Shown piece after piece: positions 9,511 through 18,688 of a stretch of 64,000 nt of DNA (positions are counted from its first letter, which is position 1; each line of letters starts with the position of its first letter). The stretch lies in NCBI GenBank assembly GCA_963801155.1, contig CAWDEB010000026.1, positions 24,038 to 88,037 of the forward strand, read 5' to 3'. Below the pieces are notes generated by a model. It saw nothing but the letters and a program-made list of their open reading frames with translations. It did not search any database and was not told where the DNA came from. The stretch is from an uncultured Actinomycetes bacterium. Lineage in GTDB: Bacteria; Actinomycetota; Actinomycetes; Streptosporangiales; Streptosporangiaceae. The translations under genes were made by a program, and so were the position numbers.

Positions 9511-10751
9511 ATGCCGGAGCGGTCCGTACTGGGAATCGTGCTCGCTGGCGGCGCGGGCACGCGCCTGAGTCCGCTGACCGCGGACCGGGCCAAACCCGCT
9601 GTCCCGTTCGGCGGTGTGTACCGGCTGATCGATTTCGCGTTGTCCAACCTGGCCAACGGCGGTATCCGCAAGATCTGCGTGCTGACCCAGTACAAGAGCC
9701 ACAGCCTGGACCGCCACATCTCCACCACGTGGCGGATGAGTGCCCTGCTCGGCAACTACGTGACGCCGGTCCCGGCGCAGCAGCGGCTGGGTCCGCACTG
9801 GTACACCGGCTCGGCGGACGCCATCTTCCAGTCGATGAACCTGATCAACGACGAGCAGCCGGACATCGTGATCGTCTTCGGCGCGGACCACGTGTACCGG
9901 ATGGACCCGACGCAGATGATCGATCACCACGTGGAGCACGGGGCCGGGGTGACCGTGGCCGCCATCCCGGTGCCCCGGCACGAGGCCTCCGCGTTCGGCA
10001 TCGTCAGGGTCGGGGCGGACGGCCGGACGATCGACGCGTTCCTGGAGAAGCCCGCCGACCCGCCGCCCATGCCGGGCAACCCCGAGTATGAGCTACTCGT
10101 CCATGGGCAATTACGTGTTCGACACCGACGTGCTGGTCGACGCGCTGCGCAAGGACGCCGAGGACGACTCGAGCCGGCACGACATCGGCGGCAACATCAT
10201 CCCGAACCTGGTGCAGAACGGCAGCGCGCAAGCGTACGACTTCATGCTCAACGAGGTCCCGGGGGCGGGCCCGCGGGACGCGGGCTACTGGCGCGACGTC
10301 GGCACGCTCGACTCCTACTTCGAGGCCCATCATGGACCTGTGCGCGGTGGAGCCGATCTTCAACCTGTACAACGACAGGTGGCCGATCCTGACGTCGGTG
10401 CCGTCGCTGCCGCCGGCCAAGTTCGTACACGAATCGGGCGACCGGGTTGGGCGCGCGCTCGACAGCCTGGTCAGTCCGGGGGTGGTGATCTCCGGCGGCC
10501 TGGTGCGCCAGTCAGTGCTCTCTCCCGGGGTGCGGGTGAACAGCTGGGCCACCGTGGAGCGGTCGGTTCTGCTGCACAACACCGAGATCGGCCGCCACGC
10601 CGTGGTCAGGGACGCGATCATCGACAAGAACGTCACGGTGCCGGAGTGGGCGCAGGTGGGCGTGGACAAGGACCGTGACCGGCAGCGCGGCTTCGTGGTC
10701 TCGGCCGACGGGATCACCGTGGTGGGCAAGGGCCAGGAGGTCATCCCGTGA
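9511..10751 (+). CDS. glgC: glucose-1-phosphate adenylyltransferase (two frame disruptions near 10085 and 10330)
   Basis: N-terminus [29 protein letters not shown]. The sequence continues in ORF 10088.. ([32 protein letters not shown]) and ORF 10332..10751 (left-handed beta-helix part). Confidence 0.9.
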
Positions 10752-11941
10752 CGGCTCATTCTGTGGAGGGCCGGCTGCGCGTCGCCCTGCTGACCCGCGA
10801 GTATCCGCCCGAGGTGTACGGCGGCGCGGGCGTGCACGTCACCTACCTGGCCCGCGAGCTGGCCCCGCTGGTGGACCTGACCGTGCACTGCCAGGGCGCG
10901 GACCGCCCTGGCGCCGTCGCCCACCGGCCCTGGGACCTGCTGGACGGCGCCAACCAGGCGCTGCAGGTGATGTCCACCGACCTGTCCATGACCGCCGCCC
11001 TGTCCGGTCCCGGCGGGCCGGAAATGGGCGGGGCCCAGCTGGTCCACTCGCACACCTGGTACACCAACCTGGCCGGCCACCTCGCGGCCATGCTGTACGG
11101 CATCCCGCACGTCATGACCATGCACTCGCTCGAGGCGCTGCGCCCGTGGAAGGCCGAGCAGCTCGGCGGGGGTTATCGGCTGTCCACCTGGTGCGAGCGC
11201 GAATCGGCGGCCTCAGCCGCCGCGGTGGTAGCCGTGTCGGACGGCATGCGCGCCGACATCATGACCGTTTACCCCGAGATTTCGGCCGAACGAATCCGGG
11301 TGATACGCAACGGGATCGACACCACCGAGTACCACCCGGATCCGAACACCGACGTGCTCAAGCGGCACGGCATCGAGCTGAGCCGCCCCTACGTGATCTT
11401 CGTCGGCCGGATCACCCGGCAGAAGGGCGTGCCAGTACTGCTCCGCGCGGCGTCCGGCCTGGTTCCGCAGGCGCAGCTGGTGCTGTGCGCGGGGCAGGCC
11501 GACACACCGGAGCTCGAGGCTGAGGTGACCGGGCTGGTGGACGGCCTGCGCGCGTCCCGGTCCGGCGTGGTGTGGATCCCGGAGATGCTGCCCAAGCGTG
11601 AAGTGATCCAGCTGCTCACGCACGCCACGGTGTTCGCCTGCCCGTCGATCTACGAGCCGCTCGGCATCGTGAACCTGGAGGCGATGGCGTGCGGGACCGC
11701 GGTGGTGGGGTCCCGCACCGGCGGGATCCCGGAGGTGGTGGCCGACGGCGAGACCGGCCTGCTGGTGCCGCCGGGCGAACCCGAACCGCTGGCCGCGGCG
11801 CTGAACGCCCTGGTCAGTGACCCGGCCCGGGCCGTGGCGATGGGCGAGGCGGGCCGCAAGCGCGCGGTCGCCGAGTTCGGCTGGGCCGCCATCGCCGCCC
11901 AGACCGCCGCCCTCTACGCAGAGCTGGTCACCGGGGCATAA
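10748..11941 (+). CDS. glgA: GT4-type glycogen synthase / alpha-maltose-1-phosphate synthase
   Basis: 397 aa with [18 protein letters not shown], a GT4 C-terminal [18 protein letters not shown] motif and a GTGA overlap with glgC. Confidence 0.85.
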   Translation: MTAHSVEGRLRVALLTREYPPEVYGGAGVHVTYLARELAPLVDLTVHCQGADRPGAVAHRPWDLLDGANQALQVMSTDLSMTAALSGPGGPEMGGAQLVHSHTWYTNLAGHLAAMLYGIPHVMTMHSLEALRPWKAEQLGGGYRLSTWCERESAASAAAVVAVSDGMRADIMTVYPEISAERIRVIRNGIDTTEYHPDPNTDVLKRHGIELSRPYVIFVGRITRQKGVPVLLRAASGLVPQAQLVLCAGQADTPELEAEVTGLVDGLRASRSGVVWIPEMLPKREVIQLLTHATVFACPSIYEPLGIVNLEAMACGTAVVGSRTGGIPEVVADGETGLLVPPGEPEPLAAALNALVSDPARAVAMGEAGRKRAVAEFGWAAIAAQTAALYAELVTGA

Positions 11942-12049
11942 ATCTCCGTTCTCGGCGTGGCGCCGGTACAGCGGGTGTAAACCGGTGCCTATTCTTTCGC
12001 GTCCATGCATTGGGGAGCATGGGTCATAAGTCACCTAGAGAGGCAGTTG

Positions 12050-12901
12050 ATGATGCAGGGAATACGTCGTCTTGTCGTCTATGCGGCAGCGACCGGCCTG
12101 CTCGCGGCCGGGGCAGTCAGCGCGAGCCTGCAAGTGGCCCACGCCGACACCTTTGCCGCTGCCTGCGGCGGGAACGGGGGTAACGGCTATATCTGCAATC
12201 TGGACGCGACGATTCCCTCGCCGGGCTCGATATCGGTGAGCCGTGGATTCCGGCAGCCGCCAGCGAGAACGTCGATGTGAACTGGACGGTGAGCTGTGCC
12301 GACAGCAGCGGCTCTCAGAACCAGCTGGGCGCCACCGCTAACGCCACGACACCCCTCACCGTTCCGCTGACGCCGCTGCCCCCTACCGCCGCTGACGGCA
12401 ATTGCCCGGTGAACGTGGGCATAAGCCTGCCGAAAGCCGACGTCACCCCGAAGATCATTTACACCGGCACGCTGAGCTACACGCCCGCTGGCACGTCCAG
12501 CTCTGGTGGCTCCGCGCCGGTGCACCCGGTCAAGGGCTCCGGCGGGAAGTGCGTGGATGACAAGGGCAACAGCTCGGCCAACCGGGCCAAGATCCATGAT
12601 CTGGGGCTGCAGCGGCTCTGACCAGGCCGAGAACTGGAAGTACAGCAGCAGCGAGCTCGTCCACAACGGCAAGTGCCTGAACGACAAGGGGAACGGCGGC
12701 AGCGGCAGCAAGGTCATCTTGTACTCCTGCAACGGCGGGTCGAACGAGAAGTGGAGCCAGCTGTCCAACGGCGAGCTCAAGCTGGCGGCCCACGGCGGCA
12801 CGCTCTGCCTGGATGACCCGCGCTCCTCGACGACGAACGGCACGCAGCTGATCGTCTACACCTGCAAGGACAGCGCCAACCAGAAGTGGTCGCTGCCGTA
12901 G
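12050..12901 (+). pseudogene. secreted ricin-B-lectin domain protein, copy 1 (two frameshifts)
   Basis: Signal peptide MMQGIRRLVVYAAATGLLAAGAVSA. Frames change near 12240 and at about 12595. At the second site copy 1 reads ATCCATGATCTGGGG where copy 2 reads ATCCAGATCTGGGG, an extra base outside any homopolymer. The C-terminal ricin domain is nearly identical to copy 2. Confidence 0.7.
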
Positions 12902-13110
12902 CGGACAGCACCCGGCCGCGGGCGCCCCGCCGTCCTCCCGTTAACCGAGGGTGACGGTCGTGGGCGCCTTCGGCTCTTTTACCCAGAGTTGGTCACCGGG
13001 GCATATATCTCCGTTCTCGGCGCGGCGCCGGTGCGGCGGGTGTAAACCGGTGCCTATTCTTCCGAGTCCTGCATTGGGGGGCATGGGACTTAAGCAACGA
13101 AGAGAGGCAG

Positions 13111-13995
13111 TTGATAATGCGGGGAATTCGTCGTCTTGTCGTCTACGGGGCAGTGACCGGGCTGCTCGCCGCCGGGGCCGTCAGCGCGAGCATGGGGGTC
13201 GCCCACGCGAACTTCGCCGACCTCTGCGACGGGAGCTCAACGAGCACTCCCACCGCCTGGAGCTGCGTCGTGACAGGGACGATTCCCTCCCCGTCCGCGA
13301 TAACGGTGAGCGTCACCGACGAGACCGCCAACGCCACCGAGAATGTCCTGGTGAACTGGACGGTCGACTGCACGGATAGCACCAACGGCACGCTGGGGAC
13401 TGCGGGCGCTCCCACGGACGCCACTCCGGCTACCGTCAACCTCACGCTGCCCGCCTCCGCCGACGGGCAGTGCACCGCAACGGCGACCGTGAGCCTGCCG
13501 GGTAGCGAGCTCAGCACCAACGGCTTCACTCCCACCGACTTCACCGCCCAGCTGACCTACACGCCGGCTGCCTCGGCGTCTCCCAGCCCGTCGCCCACCC
13601 CCGCTAGCGCTTCGGTGCACCCGGTCAAGGGGTACGACGGGAAGTGCGTGGACGACAACGGCAACAGCTCGGCCAACCGGGCCAAGATCCAGATCTGGGG
13701 CTGCAGCGGCTCTGACCAGGCCGAGAACTGGAAGTACAGCAGCAGCGAGCTCGTCCACAACGGCAAGTGCCTGAACGACAAGGGGAACGGCGGCAGCGGC
13801 AGCAAGGTCATCTTGTACTCCTGCAACGGCGGGTCGAACGAGAAGTGGAGCCAGCTGTCCAACGGCGAGCTCAAGCTGGCGGCCCACGGCGGCACGCTCT
13901 GCCTGGATGACCCGCGTTCGTCCAAGACGAACGGCACCCAGCTGATCGTCTACACCTGCAAGGACAGCGCCAACCAGAAGTGGTCGCTGCCGTAG
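13111..13995 (+). CDS. secreted ricin-B-lectin domain protein, copy 2 (intact)
   Basis: 294 aa with a signal peptide, a Thr/Ala-rich unknown N-domain, a PSPSPTP linker and a ricin-type domain (KCVDDNGNSSANRAKIQIWGCSGSDQAENW ... QKW repeats). Confidence 0.8.
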   Translation: MIMRGIRRLVVYGAVTGLLAAGAVSASMGVAHANFADLCDGSSTSTPTAWSCVVTGTIPSPSAITVSVTDETANATENVLVNWTVDCTDSTNGTLGTAGAPTDATPATVNLTLPASADGQCTATATVSLPGSELSTNGFTPTDFTAQLTYTPAASASPSPSPTPASASVHPVKGYDGKCVDDNGNSSANRAKIQIWGCSGSDQAENWKYSSSELVHNGKCLNDKGNGGSGSKVILYSCNGGSNEKWSQLSNGELKLAAHGGTLCLDDPRSSKTNGTQLIVYTCKDSANQKWSLP

Positions 13996-14044
13996 CGGAC
14001 AGCACCCGGCCGCGGGCGCCCCGCCGTCCTCCCGTTAACGTGGA

Positions 14045-15844
14045 GTGATGGTCGTGGGCGCCTCCGGCCGACTGGTGTCGGTCAACGTCGGACTACCCCA
14101 GGATGTGAGCTGGCACGGCCGCACGGTGCGCACCGCGGTGTGGAAACGGCCGGTCGGCGGCCCCTGCCTGGCGCGGCGGCTGAACCTCGAGGGCGACGGC
14201 CAGGGTGACCTGGCCGGGCACGGCGGGGAGCAGCGCGCCGTGTTCGTGTACCAGCTCGGCTCCTACGATCACTGGCGGCGCCAGCTGGGCCGGGATGACT
14301 TCGAGTTCGGGCAGTTCGGGGAGAACTTCACCGTCGAGGGCCTGGCCGACGATCAGGTGTGCGTGGGTGACCGCTACCAGATCGGCGAGGCGCTGTTTGA
14401 GGTCACCCAGCCCCGGGTGACGTGCTACCGGGTCGGCATCCGGATGAACGACGCGCGCATGCCGGCCCTGCTGGTATCCCATCACCGGCCGGGCTTCTAC
14501 TTCCGGGTACTGCACGAGGGCGCGGTCCAGGCCGGGGACGAGATCGTCAAGGTGGCCGCCGGGGAGCAGGCCATGACCGTGGCCGAGATCGACGCCCTGC
14601 TCTACCTGCCGGGCCATCCCCGGGAGCAGGTCCAGCGCGCGCTGCGCATACCCGCGCTGTCGCCCGGCTGGCAGGCCTCCTTCCGGGCCATCGCCCAGCA
14701 GGCACCGTCTTCTGGCGGCGGTGCCGCGGGTTCCGGCCTGGCCGCGGGCAACGCCGGGCTGACCGCGGTGAGCCCGCCGCCGGCCTGGCCCGGGTTCCGG
14801 CCGCTGGCGGTGGCCGCGGTGGACCGGGAGAGCGTGTCGGTGATCTCGCTGACCCTGGCTGACCCCCACGGCGCCGCCCTGCCGGCCGCCCTGCCCGGGC
14901 AGTTCCTCACCCTGCGGCTGGACGTTGGCGGTGGCGCGAAGCCGTTGCTGCGCAGCTATTCACTGTCCGGCCCGCCCGGGGCAGCTTCCTACCGGGTCAG
15001 CGTCAAGCGCGAGCCGCACGGCGCGGGCAGCCAGTTCGTGCACTCCCGGGTCCGGGTCGGCGACCTGCTGGACGCGGCCGCCCCGCGCGGTACCTTCGTG
15101 CTCCAGCCGGGAGAGGGGCCGGTCCTGCTGATCAGCGCGGGCGTCGGGGCGACTCCGGTCCTGGCCATGCTGCACGCCCTGGCCGCCAGCGGATCAGGTC
15201 GCGACGTCTGGTGGCTGCACGGGGCTCGCAGCCGGGCCGAGGAACCGTTCGCCGCGGAGTCGAGATCCCTGCTGGCCGGCCTGGCCCGCGGGCACCGGTA
15301 CGTCTGCTACAGCCGGCCGGGGCCCGCCGACGTCCTCGGGCGCGATTATCAGGCGCCGGGTCGGCTGTCGGCCTCCATGCTGGCCGCCCTGGGCCTGCCG
15401 CGGGACGCCGACGCCTACGTCTGCGGGCCGGCGGCGTTCATGGCCGAGGTGTCGGCGGCCCTGGCGGACGAGGGCATCGATCCCAGCCGGGTGCGGACCG
15501 AGATCTTCGGCGCCGCCCCGCCGCAGACGCCCGGCATCGCGTCGGCCGCCGCCCGGCCGCCGCACCAGCCGGCGGGGGAGCCAGGTGACGGCCCGGAGAT
15601 CGCGTTCGCGCGCAGCGGCCTGACCGTCCGCTGGGGGGCGGGCTACGCCAGCCTGCTGGAACTGGCCGAAGCCTGCGACGTGCCGGTGCGCTGGTCATGC
15701 CGGACCGGCGTATGCCATACCTGCGACACCGACGTGATATCGGGAACGGTCGGCTACGCTCCCGACCCGGTCGACGAGCCCGCCGAGGGCAGCGCGCTGA
15801 TCTGCTGCTCCCAGCCCCGCGGCGACCTGGTCCTGGACCTGTAG
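14045..15844 (+). CDS. MOSC domain / FAD-NAD(P) oxidoreductase / 2Fe-2S ferredoxin fusion protein
   Basis: 599 aa. N-terminal MOSC (GENFTVEGL, QPRVTCYRV), a central FNR-like part (RSYSLS, LLISAGVGATP) and a C-terminal plant-type ferredoxin motif (CRTGVCHTCDT ... LICCS). Confidence 0.8.
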   Translation: MMVVGASGRLVSVNVGLPQDVSWHGRTVRTAVWKRPVGGPCLARRLNLEGDGQGDLAGHGGEQRAVFVYQLGSYDHWRRQLGRDDFEFGQFGENFTVEGLADDQVCVGDRYQIGEALFEVTQPRVTCYRVGIRMNDARMPALLVSHHRPGFYFRVLHEGAVQAGDEIVKVAAGEQAMTVAEIDALLYLPGHPREQVQRALRIPALSPGWQASFRAIAQQAPSSGGGAAGSGLAAGNAGLTAVSPPPAWPGFRPLAVAAVDRESVSVISLTLADPHGAALPAALPGQFLTLRLDVGGGAKPLLRSYSLSGPPGAASYRVSVKREPHGAGSQFVHSRVRVGDLLDAAAPRGTFVLQPGEGPVLLISAGVGATPVLAMLHALAASGSGRDVWWLHGARSRAEEPFAAESRSLLAGLARGHRYVCYSRPGPADVLGRDYQAPGRLSASMLAALGLPRDADAYVCGPAAFMAEVSAALADEGIDPSRVRTEIFGAAPPQTPGIASAAARPPHQPAGEPGDGPEIAFARSGLTVRWGAGYASLLELAEACDVPVRWSCRTGVCHTCDTDVISGTVGYAPDPVDEPAEGSALICCSQPRGDLVLDL

Positions 15845-15889
15845 GCTCGATCCGCAAGGTCCTCAGTATCCGGGGGTTCCGGACTGGTC

Positions 15890-18688
15890 ATGAGTGAGTC
15901 ATCCCCTTTGCGCGGCCGTGACGGCGAGTCCGCGCTGATCGGCCAGTTGCTCGCCGCGGCCTCGCGGGGCGAGGGCTCGATCGTGGTGATCGAGGGCCCG
16001 GCCGGCTTCGGCAAGACCAGGCTGCTGCGGTCGGCGGTCGAGCAGGCCGCCGCGGCGGGGATCCGCACCGGCTGGGGCGGCGCGACGGACGGCGCCCAGG
16101 CCGCGCCGATGCTGACGCTGATGTCCGCGTTGTTCGAGGGACGCGAGCCGTTGCTGGACAGGGCCGAGCTCCGCGAGCTCCCCGAGGCGCAAGAGCAGCG
16201 GTTCTGGCTGCTGCAGCAGCTCGCCGGGCTGCTGGAGGCGGCCGCACTCGACGGGCCGCTGCTGATCTGCCTGGATGACCTGCAGTGGGCCGACCCGGGG
16301 ACGCTGGCCGCGGTGCGGTCCCTGCCGGAGCAGCTTGCCGACCTTCCTGTCGTCTGGATGGTGGCTCTGCGGCCAGAGGGAGCGCCGAAAAGCGTTCTGA
16401 CGGTGATCGAGGCTCTGGGCGAGCTGGACGCCCGCCAGATGCACGTGGGACCGCTGGGGCCAGAGGCGGTCGAGCAGATTCTCGCCGACATTCTCGGCGC
16501 GGAGGCTGAGCAGAACCTGTCCGGCGTGGCCGCCAGCACCGACGGAAATCCGTTCCTGCTGGCAGAGCTGCTGCGCGGGCTGCGAGATGAGGGTCGCCTG
16601 CGGTTCGGTGCCGGGCGGGTGAACCTGGTGGGTACGCAGCTTCCGGTCCGGCTGCGACAATCGATGCGGCTCCGGCTCGGTTCCCGGTCACCAGTAGCCC
16701 AGCAGCTGGTGGCGGTCGCCGCCGTGCTCGGCCGGAGCTTTTCCCACGATCAGCTGGCGGCCATGCTCGGCCGGCCTGCCACCGCGCTGCTCGCCCCGGT
16801 CGAGGAGATGATGGACGCGGGCCTGATCACGGAGGATGGCGAGCGCCTGGCCTTCAGGCACGACCTCATCCGGGAGGCCGTGCTCGAGACCCTGTCCGCT
16901 TCCTCGCGGCGCGCCCTGCAGCGCCGCGCGGTGGACGTCTTCCTCGCCGAGGGAGCGCCGCCGGCCGATATAGCCCGCCAGCTGGCCGACAGCGCTGACC
17001 CGGGCGACCGCGCGGCGGTCTCACTTCTGTCGCGCGCGGCGGAGGCGCTGCGCATGCTCGACTCCGCGGCCGCCGCCGACATCGCCGTGAAGGCTCTGGA
17101 GCTCGCGGCACCTGACGACACGATGCGCGGGCCGCTGGTCGCCCAGGCCGCCATCTTGCTGTTTGCCGCGGGCCGGTCCGCTGAGGGGCAGGCACTGGCC
17201 CAGGGCGCCTTGCGTGAGCTGCTGCGTGCCGAGCAGCAAGCCGAGATATGCCTCGCGATTTCCGCCATGCTCTCCGTCCCGGCGGACGTCCGGGAGGAAG
17301 CCTGCCGCCGGGCACTCCAGCTGGATGGCCTGTCCGAGGTCATGCGCCTGCGACTTCAGGCACGGCTCGTCTATTCCGTCGTGCACGTGGGCAAGCTGGC
17401 CGAAGCCCAGCAGATGATTGACCGCATCGAGCCAAAGGTCGCGACCACCGATGACGTGACCGCGAGGTTCGCGTTCGAGATCGCTCGGCAATCCCTCGCT
17501 GTGATGGAAGATCGCTTCCAAGACGCCCTCGATGCCGCGCGCGCCTCCCGCGTCAGCGTGCCCACCAAGACGCCGATACCGGCTTACATGACCGACGTGA
17601 TCGTCATCGAATCACTCGCCCTGCAGGACAACTTCGACGAGGCCCTCCAGATGATCGCGTCTGGCGTGGCCGCCGCCCAGCGCGACGACCAGCTCTGGGT
17701 CGCGCGCTCGCTTGAACTCAACCGGGGCAGATACTGGGCTGCGACGGGGCGTCTCGAGGACGCGGCGGCGGCGCTCGAGAGCATATCTCCCACCCTGGAG
17801 CCCCGCCAGGTGCGGAACTCCGGAGACGCCGCCGTCCTGACCGCCCTGGGGCGCGTCGCACTGCACACGGGCAACCGGCGGCAATCAGGTATGTGCGCGC
17901 GCGCCGCGCGCCAGGCGCTGGGCACGCTGCCGCCCGAGCCGCGCCAGCACGCGGCGTGGCTGATCGCGTTGCTGCAGATGGCCGACGGTGATGGCCGCGG
18001 CGCCCGCACCGTCCTCAGCCAGGGCCGCGACCCGGATATGCCCGTGCTGCCCCGGTTCTGGGCCGACCCCGCCGACCCGCCACAGCTCGTGCGTATCGCC
18101 CTGGCCTGCGGCGACGGCCAGCTCGCATCCGAGGCCGTGGCCATCGCCGAGCGGCGCGCCCAGCGGAACCCCGGTGTCGCCTCACTGGAGGCAATCACCG
18201 CGCACGCCCGGGGCATGCGCGACGACGACATCGCCGAACTCGGCCGTGCGGCGCAACGGTTCGCCCACAGCCCCCGGCGCCTGGCCAGGGCCTCAGCGAC
18301 CGAGGACCTGGGGCGCCTTCTCGTCCAAAGCGGGCAGCTAGCCGAGGGGATCCGCTGGCTGAACGAGGCCCTCGAGCTGTACGCCGGGATGGGCGCCACC
18401 TGGGATGCGACCCGGGTACGCGGGCGGCTGCGACGGCTGGGAGTACGGCGCAACCTGCAACCGCCCCGGCGGGCGCAGGGCTGGGCCGGCCTCACCGACT
18501 CCGAGCTGGCCGTGGTGCGGCTGGTCGCCGCGGGGCAGACGAACCGGCAGGTAGCCGCCCAGCTGTTTCTTTCCCCGAATACGATCAGCAGCCATCTTCG
18601 CCGCGTCTTCGCCAAGCTCGGTATCACCTCACGGGTCGAGCTCGTCCGCCTGTTCGTCGCCCACCACGAGGGGCCTCAACGCCCCTGA
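15890..18688 (+). CDS. LAL-type regulator 1 (P-loop ATPase + helical repeats + LuxR HTH)
   Basis: 932 aa with Walker A GPAGFGKTRL, Walker B LLICLDDLQWAD and a C-terminal LuxR HTH (LTDSELAVVRLVAAGQTNRQVAAQLFLSPNTISSHLRRVFAKLGI). Confidence 0.85.
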   Translation: MSESSPLRGRDGESALIGQLLAAASRGEGSIVVIEGPAGFGKTRLLRSAVEQAAAAGIRTGWGGATDGAQAAPMLTLMSALFEGREPLLDRAELRELPEAQEQRFWLLQQLAGLLEAAALDGPLLICLDDLQWADPGTLAAVRSLPEQLADLPVVWMVALRPEGAPKSVLTVIEALGELDARQMHVGPLGPEAVEQILADILGAEAEQNLSGVAASTDGNPFLLAELLRGLRDEGRLRFGAGRVNLVGTQLPVRLRQSMRLRLGSRSPVAQQLVAVAAVLGRSFSHDQLAAMLGRPATALLAPVEEMMDAGLITEDGERLAFRHDLIREAVLETLSASSRRALQRRAVDVFLAEGAPPADIARQLADSADPGDRAAVSLLSRAAEALRMLDSAAAADIAVKALELAAPDDTMRGPLVAQAAILLFAAGRSAEGQALAQGALRELLRAEQQAEICLAISAMLSVPADVREEACRRALQLDGLSEVMRLRLQARLVYSVVHVGKLAEAQQMIDRIEPKVATTDDVTARFAFEIARQSLAVMEDRFQDALDAARASRVSVPTKTPIPAYMTDVIVIESLALQDNFDEALQMIASGVAAAQRDDQLWVARSLELNRGRYWAATGRLEDAAAALESISPTLEPRQVRNSGDAAVLTALGRVALHTGNRRQSGMCARAARQALGTLPPEPRQHAAWLIALLQMADGDGRGARTVLSQGRDPDMPVLPRFWADPADPPQLVRIALACGDGQLASEAVAIAERRAQRNPGVASLEAITAHARGMRDDDIAELGRAAQRFAHSPRRLARASATEDLGRLLVQSGQLAEGIRWLNEALELYAGMGATWDATRVRGRLRRLGVRRNLQPPRRAQGWAGLTDSELAVVRLVAAGQTNRQVAAQLFLSPNTISSHLRRVFAKLGITSRVELVRLFVAHHEGPQRP

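Larger units (their letters stand above)
11912..14069 (+). repeat. tandem duplication (2 units of about 1.06-1.09 kb) carrying a ricin-lectin gene
   Basis: Unit 1 is about 11912-12974 and unit 2 about 12975-14069. The junction at 12950-12995 holds a copy of the MOSC gene start (GTGACGGTCGTGGGCGCCTTCGGC vs GTGATGGTCGTGGGCGCCTCCGGC at 14045). It is joined to a copy of the glgA 3' end (CAGAGTTGGTCACCGGGGCATAT vs CAGAGCTGGTCACCGGGGCATAA). Confidence 0.85.
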
